This document shows, piece after piece, positions 1 through 7,439 of a DNA stretch of 64,000 nt. Source of the DNA: an uncultured delta proteobacterium (GTDB lineage Bacteria; Myxococcota; UBA727; VGSZ01). A model generated the notes under the pieces. That model saw only the letters and a list, made by a program, of their open reading frames with translations. It was not told the origin of the DNA and made no database searches. Position 1 is the stretch's first letter; every line of letters begins with the position of its first letter. The position numbers and the translations under genes were made by a program. The stretch is from assembly GCA_963775425.1 (NCBI GenBank), contig CAVZJB010000004.1, positions 192,001 to 256,000 on the forward strand. The letters are read 5' to 3'.

Positions 1-2
1 TC

Positions 3-260
3 GCGCTCGACAGCGGCGACGTCACGCTCGTGTTCGACACCGCCGACAACCCCGCCGACGACGGCAGCTTCACGAGCTACTCCGTGCCGCTGTCCGCCCA
101 CGGCTGGACCGTCGGCGACCTCGAGGGCGACGCCGCCACGGACGACGACCTCCGCGCCGCCCTCGCCGCCGTCGACGCCCTCCGCATCCGCGGGGAGTTC
201 GACACGGGCCCCGACACGGGCTGCATCGACAACGTCCGCCTCGGCGCCCCCACGAGCTGA
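3..260 (+). CDS. C-terminal part of a laminin IV (laminin B)-like domain protein, truncated by the window edge
   Basis: Frame open from position 3; ends LRAALAAVDALRIRGEF..GPDTGCIDNVRL, resembling bacterial laminin IV domain C-termini. Confidence 0.6.
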   Translation, partial: ALDSGDVTLVFDTADNPADDGSFTSYSVPLSAHGWTVGDLEGDAATDDDLRAALAAVDALRIRGEFDTGPDTGCIDNVRLGAPTS

Positions 261-371
261 GACGCACGGTTGTTCGGACGCTCGTCCGAGGACGCGCCCT
301 CGGACGATGGGTCGAGTTGCGTTTGCGCCCGATGTCGGGAACAGTTGTGCCACCAAGGAGCACCCTTACTC

Positions 372-2684
372 ATGAAGCGCCTCGCATTGCTGTTCACGCT
401 CGCCTCGTTCTTTATCGCCCTGCCGGTCAGCCTCGGATGCCCCGCTCCCTCCGAAGGAGAGGGAGAAGGAGAAGGCGAAGGTGAAGGTGAAGGTGAAGGT
501 GAAGGTGAAGGTGAAGGCGAAGGCGAAGGCGAAGGAGAGGGTGAAGGAGAAGGAGAAGGTGAAGGAGAAGGAGAAGGTGAAGGTGAAGGCGAAGGAGAGG
601 GCGAGCCCGGACAGGCCGAGACCTGCGACGTCGCCGTCGCGCTGACGGGCGACAGCGGCCGCCTGGACGCCGACCTGTCGGCGTCGCTCAACGATCTCAA
701 CGCCGAGGACGTCGGCGACTGCACCAACTTCAGCAGCAACGGGCCGGACCAGTTCTACACGCTCGACGTGCCCGCGCAGTCCGTGCTCAGCCTCGACTAC
801 GACCACACCGCCGGCGACGCGTCGCTGTACGTGCTGGAGTCGTGTGACGCCACCACCTGCGTGGGCGCGGACAAGTCGGTGAGCGGGCCCGAGCACGTCG
901 ACGTGCTCAACACCTCCGCGGACACCAAGACGTTCATCATCGTGCTCGACTTCTTCTCGAACGCCGGCTCGTCCGTGACGCTGACGTGGGACATCCAGAC
1001 CATCAACGTGCTCGGCGACGGTGACGTGTGCGACCCCGCGAGCATCACCGAGGTCTGCGACACCGCCGGCGGCTCGGCCTGCCTGTCCAACGGCACGGAC
1101 ACCGTCTGCGCGATCCCCGAGGTCCTCGCCGAAGGCGACGCCTGCGCGGTCGGAGACGACACGCATCCGTGTGACGTGCCCGGAGGCTTCCTCTGCCTCG
1201 ACGACGGCTCCGGCGGCACGACCTGCCAGAACCCGAGCCAGGCCGCGTGCGACGTCGCCGTGGACTTCACCGAGCCGAACACCGAGCTCCTCATCGACAC
1301 CGACGCCGGCGGCACCGAGGGCAGTTGCGAGTTCACCAACCGGCCCGAGTCGGTGGTGCACTACGTGACGCAAGAGCGGTCGCGCGTCACCGTCCGCGGC
1401 TTCGGCGCGCGCGCGCTCTACGTGCGCTCGGAGTGCGTGCGCGCGGACAAGGAGCTCGGCTGCTCCACCTCCACCAACCCGAGCATCGTGCTCCCGGACG
1501 TGGAGGCGGGCACCGATCTGTTCATCTTCGGCGAGGCCGACCTCGGTGAAGAGCTGATCGTCGACGTCACCGAGCAACCTCTCACCGTGCTCGCCCCGGA
1601 CGACACGTGCAATCCCACCGACGTACTCCAGGTCTGCGACGCGGGCACCACGTGCCTCGGCGGCCCCGACCCCGAGCCCTTCACCTGCACCACCGAGCAG
1701 CTCCTCGGGCAGGGCGACTCGTGCATCTCCGGGAGCACCTCGGGCATCTGCGACCCCGACCAGAACGTCGAGTGCGACGGCTCCCTCTGCGTCGATGACG
1801 CCGGCGGCACCGCGGCCACGGCCACGCCGGAGACGCTGCCGCTCGACATCAACGTGATCCTCGGGCTCGGCGACACGGACTGCTACGGCTTCGACGCGCC
1901 GGTCGACGGCGACTACGCGTTTGCCACCGTCGACGACGACCCGTTCGACAACCACTGCGGCCCCGGCACCGGGTCCCAGAACGACGCCCGCCTCGCGCTC
2001 TTCCAGAGCGACGGCACGTCCATCACCACCAACGACGACGGCAGCGCCGACGGCTTCTGCCCGCTCATCACGGAGACCCTCACGGCGGGCAGCTACGCCA
2101 TCTGCGTCAACGAGTCGGGCGACAACGCCGCCATCCCGGCGGGCCTGCTGCGCCTCGTCGGCGGGCAGCCGGTGGAGTCGGCCGAGGGCGAGGCCTGCGA
2201 CGCCGGCAGCCCCCTCACACCGTGCGTGGCGGGCACCCAGTGCGTCGGCGGCACCTGCGTCGCGCCGACGGTGACGACGTTGTCGGGCTCCATCGACATC
2301 GCCACCGATCCCACGTGGACCCGCTTCTCGTCGACCTGCACCACCGGCAGCAGCAGCGTCGCGTTCGACCGCTATACGGCGACCAACAACAGCGGCGGCG
2401 ATGTGCTCGTCACCTTCGAGATCACGGCGCCGGGCGACGACACGGCGTGTGCGTTCGACAGCTTCATGCACGTGTTCACGAGCCCGGTGGATCCGCCGAA
2501 CGCCACGGTGGACCAGTGCATCGAGGGTGATGACGACGACGGCGTCGGCACCTGCGCGTCCATCACGCGCACGCTCGCCGACGGCGACGTCGTGGACGTG
2601 ATCGTGTCGCCGTTCTCGTCGGGCAGCGGAGCGTACAATCTGAAGGTCAGCGCGTTCGGCACCATCGACGTGCAGGCCGACTGA
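372..2684 (+). CDS. Large Cys-rich surface lipoprotein with (GE)n tether and repeated beta-sandwich (PPC-like) and Cys-rich modules
   Basis: ATG 372, signal peptide MKRLALLFTLASFFIALPVSLG-C (lipobox); E(GE)25; five G[DE]xC..C..C..C modules; NDDG/DDDDG acidic motifs. Confidence 0.8.
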   Translation: MKRLALLFTLASFFIALPVSLGCPAPSEGEGEGEGEGEGEGEGEGEGEGEGEGEGEGEGEGEGEGEGEGEGEGEGEGEPGQAETCDVAVALTGDSGRLDADLSASLNDLNAEDVGDCTNFSSNGPDQFYTLDVPAQSVLSLDYDHTAGDASLYVLESCDATTCVGADKSVSGPEHVDVLNTSADTKTFIIVLDFFSNAGSSVTLTWDIQTINVLGDGDVCDPASITEVCDTAGGSACLSNGTDTVCAIPEVLAEGDACAVGDDTHPCDVPGGFLCLDDGSGGTTCQNPSQAACDVAVDFTEPNTELLIDTDAGGTEGSCEFTNRPESVVHYVTQERSRVTVRGFGARALYVRSECVRADKELGCSTSTNPSIVLPDVEAGTDLFIFGEADLGEELIVDVTEQPLTVLAPDDTCNPTDVLQVCDAGTTCLGGPDPEPFTCTTEQLLGQGDSCISGSTSGICDPDQNVECDGSLCVDDAGGTAATATPETLPLDINVILGLGDTDCYGFDAPVDGDYAFATVDDDPFDNHCGPGTGSQNDARLALFQSDGTSITTNDDGSADGFCPLITETLTAGSYAICVNESGDNAAIPAGLLRLVGGQPVESAEGEACDAGSPLTPCVAGTQCVGGTCVAPTVTTLSGSIDIATDPTWTRFSSTCTTGSSSVAFDRYTATNNSGGDVLVTFEITAPGDDTACAFDSFMHVFTSPVDPPNATVDQCIEGDDDDGVGTCASITRTLADGDVVDVIVSPFSSGSGAYNLKVSAFGTIDVQAD
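453..605 (+). repeat. Hexanucleotide tandem repeat GARGGN encoding E(GE)25
   Basis: Directly visible gaaggt/gaaggc/gaagga/gagggt units. Confidence 0.97.
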
Positions 2685-2691
2685 CCGAGGG

Positions 2692-4260
2692 TCAATCGAA
2701 CCAGCCGCAGACCCACTCCTCGTCGAGCTCGTCGTCGACGAGGAGCAGGGCGCGGCGACCGTCGGCGAGGACCACGAGCTCGTAGGTGCGGGCGTAGGGC
2801 TGGTCCGCCTTGTCCTCGCCCTCGAGCACGCCGAGCAGCTCGCGGCGCGCGACGCCCGAGAACGACGGGCGCGCGGGCCGGGGCAACAGGCGCAGGGGCC
2901 AGGGCCAGGCGGCCAGGAAGCGTCCGCCGCGGGTGACGGCGCCCTCGGCGAGGGGCGGGACCTTGCGGGGCCGCCGCCTTTCGGGCGCGGCCGGCCGCGG
3001 GGGCGGCGGGGGCGGCGGCCAGGCCAGGCGGGTCATGCGCTCGGGCAGGGGATCGTCGGTGACGACGAGGCAGCCGACGCGATCGGCGCCGAGCTCCGCG
3101 GACATCTCGGCGAGCAACGAGACGAGGGCGTCGGCGGCCTTCTCCTCGGCGCCCTCGGCGCCGTGGACGTGGGGCAGCGCGAGCTGCCTCGGGCCCCGGC
3201 GGGCGAGCCGCAGGGCCTCGAGGGCCACGTGATCCACGGGGTCCTCGAGGGAGACCCGCTCCAGGCGCGTGGTCAGGGCCCGCAGGAGCGCCCGGGGATT
3301 GGCGAGGGGGTCCGGGAAGGCCACGTCGACCCCCCGCGGATCCCGCCGGCGCCCCCCCACCGGAGAGGCCCGCAGGGTGAGGCGGACCTCCGCTACGCGC
3401 TGCCGCTGGGCCCGGGCGCGAATACAAAGACGATTACATAGGTTGTTCAAGAGAAATGACAGGGGCGGGAGAGCCGTGAGCGGATGTTCGAGATCCAGCG
3501 CCTCGACGAGGCGCTCGGGCGGGGCGATGCCCCGCAAGGGAGTCCTGCGGGCGCCGACGGTGTCGAGGATCGCGCCGGCGTCGGCGCCGAGCCGCTCGAC
3601 GCCGCCCTTGGGCAAGAGGCGGACGAGGTCGGCGGCGGTGGCGGCCCCCAAGGCCTGAAGCTGCGCCGCCATCCCGGCGGACAGATCGAGGGCGCGCACG
3701 GGCAGCGCCGCCAGCACGCGCTCGACGCCGCCGGCCTCGACGACGAGGGACTGCCGGCGCGGCTGCCCCTCGACGGAGACGGCGCGCGCCAGGGCCAATG
3801 ACAGGCGGGTGCCGGGGCTGGCGACGACGACGGCGGCGTGGCCGAGGCGGGCGCAGGCGCGGCGCACGTCGGTGAGGATGCGCGCGACGGGGCGGACCAT
3901 GCCCTGGAGGTCGAGGGCCACGCAGGCCATGGGCAGGCCCGTCCAGGCCGCCGGGAGCACGGGCTCGACGACGGGGGAGCACGCGAGCAGCACCTCGGCG
4001 ACCACCGCGAGCTCCGCGGCCAGGCGCGCTCCCTCGACGACGTCGACGACGAGGGACGGCGCGTGGCGCTGGGCGTCGAGGACGCGCATGCCCGGCCGCA
4101 CCCCCAGGGCGCGCGCGCCGGCGGTGGCGTCGACGAGGACGGACACCGAGCGCAGGACGAAGGGCGCCTTGCCCTCGTCGACGACGACGGCGCGCACCTC
4201 TCCCTCGGGGAGCGCGAGCACCTCGCTGGGGAGCCGCGGGAGCCCGGCGACGGCGATCAG
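2692..4260 (-). CDS. imuB: ImuB (inactive Y-family polymerase, mutasome subunit)
   Basis: LIAVAGLPRLP N-terminus, ARALGVRPGM motif, C-terminal extension ending GWFD; directly downstream of imuA; start uncertain (CTG 4260 overlapping imuA TGA, GAGGAGG upstream). Confidence 0.8.
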   Translation of the reverse strand: MIAVAGLPRLPSEVLALPEGEVRAVVVDEGKAPFVLRSVSVLVDATAGARALGVRPGMRVLDAQRHAPSLVVDVVEGARLAAELAVVAEVLLACSPVVEPVLPAAWTGLPMACVALDLQGMVRPVARILTDVRRACARLGHAAVVVASPGTRLSLALARAVSVEGQPRRQSLVVEAGGVERVLAALPVRALDLSAGMAAQLQALGAATAADLVRLLPKGGVERLGADAGAILDTVGARRTPLRGIAPPERLVEALDLEHPLTALPPLSFLLNNLCNRLCIRARAQRQRVAEVRLTLRASPVGGRRRDPRGVDVAFPDPLANPRALLRALTTRLERVSLEDPVDHVALEALRLARRGPRQLALPHVHGAEGAEEKAADALVSLLAEMSAELGADRVGCLVVTDDPLPERMTRLAWPPPPPPPRPAAPERRRPRKVPPLAEGAVTRGGRFLAAWPWPLRLLPRPARPSFSGVARRELLGVLEGEDKADQPYARTYELVVLADGRRALLLVDDELDEEWVCGWFD

Positions 4261-5235
4261 GGGCCCGTGCCCTCCTCGTCCTGGGCCGGCGTGCCGGCTT
4301 CGAGGGGAGCGACCGGGGCCGTGCCGACCTCCATGGGAGTGCAGGCTTCCAGGGGGACGACGGCGCCGAGGGCCGGCGTGCCGGCTTCGAAGGGGGCGTG
4401 GCCCGCGCCCGGCAGCGCGCCCCCCGAAGCCGGCACGCCGGCCGACACAGGCGACGCCCCCCCTGAAGCCGGCACGCCGCCCCACGACGACGACGTCCCC
4501 CCCGAAGCGGGCACGCCGCCCCACGACGACGACGACGTCCCCCCCGAAGTCGGCGCGCCGTCGACGCGCAGGCGCAGCGGGGGCCGCGGGCCGTGGCGGT
4601 GGCGCAGGAAGCGGACGTGGAGCTCGCCGTCGACGGTCTCCACAAGCGCGCGCGCGGCGACCGGCAGCGGCAGCCCGCGGCGGGCGCGCGACGAGGTCAA
4701 GAGCACCGCCAGCCCCCGGGACTCCTCGGCGGCGAGCGCCAGCCGGCGAACACCGGTGACGACGGTGGACAGGTCCCCCTGCCCGCCCGCGTCGACGAGG
4801 ACGCCGGCGAAGGCCCCGCTGCGAAAGGCGCGCACCGACGTCCGCAAGAGCCGGTCCGCGTCGGGCTGCAGCACCAGGAGCTTGTCGAGCCCGACCCCGT
4901 GGGGCTCGAGCAGCGTCGCCACCGCCGGCGCGTGCAGGGTGCGGCTCGGGTCCACCGCGCACAGGAAGCCCGGCCGCGCCGCCGCCAGCGCCCGGCGGCG
5001 GGCCTCGGCCAGCAGCAGCAGCCCGAGGGTCGAGCGCCCCTGCCCCCGGCAGCGCCGACAGCTCGACGACGGCCCCCTCCACCATGAGCCCCCCGAGGGG
5101 ATCATCCGCGCGCGCGGGAGCGGGAGACGGGCCGCCGAGCGCCAGCGCCAGGCTCCCCCGGCGGGCCTGCAGCGAGGCGAGCACGGTGGAGGCGCTGGGG
5201 CGCTCGAGGGGAGCCCGGTATGGGATCGCGGACAT
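4257..5235 (-). CDS. imuA: ImuA (RecA/SulA-like), interrupted by a +1 frameshift at about 5037-5047
   Basis: ATG 5235 with TAAGGAGGT SD; GAVVELSALPG continues in another frame as GRSTLG..AVDPSRTLHAPA..RSGAFAGVLVD..RRLALAAE. Confidence 0.8.
4283..4560. repeat. Cluster of about 7 direct and inverted copies of a ~22 bp motif (GGCCGGCGTGCCGGCTTCGRGGGG) in the imuA 3' end
   Basis: Forward copies near 4283, 4335 (degenerate), 4370; reverse copies near 4420, 4457, 4497, 4539. Confidence 0.8.
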
Positions 5236-5248
5236 ACGACCTCCTTAC

Positions 5249-5265
5249 CTGAACATCTGTTTAGC
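5249..5265. promoter_or_regulatory. LexA (SOS) box, Myxococcus type
   Basis: CTGAACATCTGTTTAGC has 1 mismatch to the M. xanthus consensus CTRHAMRYBYGTTCAGS; 13 bp upstream of the imuA ATG. Confidence 0.8.
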
Positions 5266-5331
5266 CTCTCGGAATTTGCGATCGCAAGGCGGGTCTCGAC
5301 GAATTCGAGATCAAGTGCTGTAAGTCCTTGA

Positions 5332-5793
5332 ATGCACATCAGAGATGGTCGGATCGAGGACGCGGAGACCCTGGTCGATTTCAACGCCCGCATGGCCCAG
5401 GAGACCGAGGGCAAGGCGCTCGAGCGCGCCGCCCTCGCCCGCGGCGTCGCGCGCCTGCTGCGGGAGCCCGGGCTCGGGCGCTACTTCGTCGCCGAGGACG
5501 CGAGCGGCGTCATCGGCTGCCTCATGATCACCAGCGAGTGGAGCGACTGGCGCGACGGTTGGTTCTGGTGGATCCAGAGCGTCTACGTCCGCGAGGACGC
5601 CCGCCGCCGCGGTGTCTACCGGGCACTGCACGAGCACGTGGTGGCCGAGGCGAAGAAGGCCGGCGACGTCGTCGGCATCCGGCTCTACGTCGAGCCCCAC
5701 AACACCCGCGCGCAAAAGACCTACGCGCGCATGGGCATGGCCAAGACCTACGACGTCATGGAGCAGCCCCTCCCGCCCGGAACCGGCGCATGA
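5332..5793 (+). CDS. GNAT family N-acetyltransferase
   Basis: WWIQSVYVREDARRRGVYRAL acetyl-CoA motif A; RLYVEPHNTRAQKTY. Confidence 0.9.
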   Translation: MHIRDGRIEDAETLVDFNARMAQETEGKALERAALARGVARLLREPGLGRYFVAEDASGVIGCLMITSEWSDWRDGWFWWIQSVYVREDARRRGVYRALHEHVVAEAKKAGDVVGIRLYVEPHNTRAQKTYARMGMAKTYDVMEQPLPPGTGA

Positions 5794-5800
5794 TGCGCCC

Positions 5801-7429
5801 ATGAAGCCCTTCCCCACCGGCGCCGCGCTCCTGCACGATCCCGTCCTCAACAAGGGCACCGCGTTCACCGAGGCCGAGCGTGACGCCCTCGGCCTGCGCG
5901 GCCTGCTGCCGCCGCGGGTGCACACGCAGGACGAGCAGGTGGCGCGCGTCCTCGAAAACCTCCACGCGAAGGAAAACGACCTCGAGAAGTACATCCTGCT
6001 CATCGGCCTGCAGGACAGGAACGAGACGCTCTTCTACCGGGTCCTCGAGGACAACATCGAAGAGCTCATGCCAATCATCTACACGCCGACGGTGGGCCTC
6101 GCCTGCCAGCGCTACGGGCACATCTTCCGGCGCCCGCGCGGGCTCTACGTCACCGCCGACGACGCCGGCCGCGTCGACGAGATCCTCGCCAACTGGAAGG
6201 ACGACGTCGAGGTCGCCGTGGTCACCGACGGCGAGCGCATCCTCGGCCTCGGAGACCTCGCGGCCAACGGCATGGGCATCCCCGTCGGCAAGCTCTCCCT
6301 CTACACCGCCTGCGCCGGCATCGATCCGCAGCGCTGTCTGCCGATCACCCTCGACGTCGGCACCGAGAACCCCTCGCTGCGCGACGACCCGCTGTACATC
6401 GGCTTGCGGCGTCCGCGGCTGCGCGGCGAGGCGTACGACGCCCTCGTCGAGGAGCTCGTCGTCGCCGTGACCGCGCGCTGGCCGCGGCTGCTCTTTCAGT
6501 TCGAGGACTTCGGCAACAAGAACGCCTTTCGCCTCCTCGCGCGCTACAAAGACCGGCTCGCCACGTTCAACGACGACATCCAGGGCACCGCCGCCGTCGC
6601 CGTCGCCGGCCTCCTGGCCGCCCTGCGGATCACCGGCGCGCCGCTCGCGGAGCAGCGCCTGTTGTTCCTCGGCGCCGGCGAGGCCGGCACCGGCATCGCG
6701 CGCCTGTTCGCCGCCGCCCTCGCCGACCAGGGCATCTCCGAGGAGGACGCCCTCGGCTGCTCCTGGCTGTACGACTCGCGCGGGCTCGTCACCGCCGCGC
6801 GCGAAAACCTCGAGGCGCACAAAGCGCCGTTCGCGCACGCGCACGCGCCCGTCGACGACCTCGAGGCCGCCGTGAAGGCGCTTCGGCCCACGGCGCTCAT
6901 CGGCACCTCCACCAAGGGCGGCGCGTTCACCCCGGCGGTGCTCGCGGCGATGGCGGCGCACAACGACAGGCCGGTGGTGTTCGCGCTGTCGAACCCCACG
7001 TCGAGCTCCGAGTGCACCGCCGAGGCCGCCTACCGCCACACCGGCGGCCGCGCGGTGTTCGCCAGCGGCAGCCCCTTCGCGCCCGTCGAGCTCGACGGCA
7101 AGCGCTTCGTCCCCGGACAGGGAAACAACGTCTACGTCTTCCCCGGCGTCGGCCTGGGCGTGCTCGCGACCGGCGCCAGGCGCGTCACCGACGAGATGTT
7201 CCTCGCGGCCGCGCGCGCCCTCGCCGCCGAGGTCGCCGACGACGACCTCGCCGTCGGCCGCGTCTACCCCGCGCTGTCCCGGGTGCGTGACGTGTCGATC
7301 GCCGTCGCCACCGCCGTCGCCGAGGTCGCGTACGCGTCGGGGCTGGCGACCGCGCCGCGCCCCGCGGATCTCGCCGAGGCGATCGCTGAGCGGATGGTTG
7401 TCCCCCGCTATCGCGACTACGCGCGCTGA
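5801..7429 (+). CDS. maeA: NAD(P)-dependent malic enzyme
   Basis: NKGTAFT, PIIYTPTVG, VTDGERILGLGD, FNDDIQGT, GAGEAG, ALSNPT, GQGNN motifs. Confidence 0.93.
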   Translation: MKPFPTGAALLHDPVLNKGTAFTEAERDALGLRGLLPPRVHTQDEQVARVLENLHAKENDLEKYILLIGLQDRNETLFYRVLEDNIEELMPIIYTPTVGLACQRYGHIFRRPRGLYVTADDAGRVDEILANWKDDVEVAVVTDGERILGLGDLAANGMGIPVGKLSLYTACAGIDPQRCLPITLDVGTENPSLRDDPLYIGLRRPRLRGEAYDALVEELVVAVTARWPRLLFQFEDFGNKNAFRLLARYKDRLATFNDDIQGTAAVAVAGLLAALRITGAPLAEQRLLFLGAGEAGTGIARLFAAALADQGISEEDALGCSWLYDSRGLVTAARENLEAHKAPFAHAHAPVDDLEAAVKALRPTALIGTSTKGGAFTPAVLAAMAAHNDRPVVFALSNPTSSSECTAEAAYRHTGGRAVFASGSPFAPVELDGKRFVPGQGNNVYVFPGVGLGVLATGARRVTDEMFLAAARALAAEVADDDLAVGRVYPALSRVRDVSIAVATAVAEVAYASGLATAPRPADLAEAIAERMVVPRYRDYAR

Positions 7430-7439
7430 GCGGCGAGGC

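Noticed and set aside
453-605. GE repeats as CRISPR arrays or non-coding satellites
   Set aside because: 6 bp in-frame coding units, no spacers, no cas genes
77-739. Antisense (SP)n or (AF/AL)n ORFs over the GE tracts
   Set aside because: Reverse-complement consequence of the repeat; the lipobox supports the + strand gene
4283-4560. imuA repeat cluster as a CRISPR array
   Set aside because: Mixed orientations, short degenerate spacers, no cas genes
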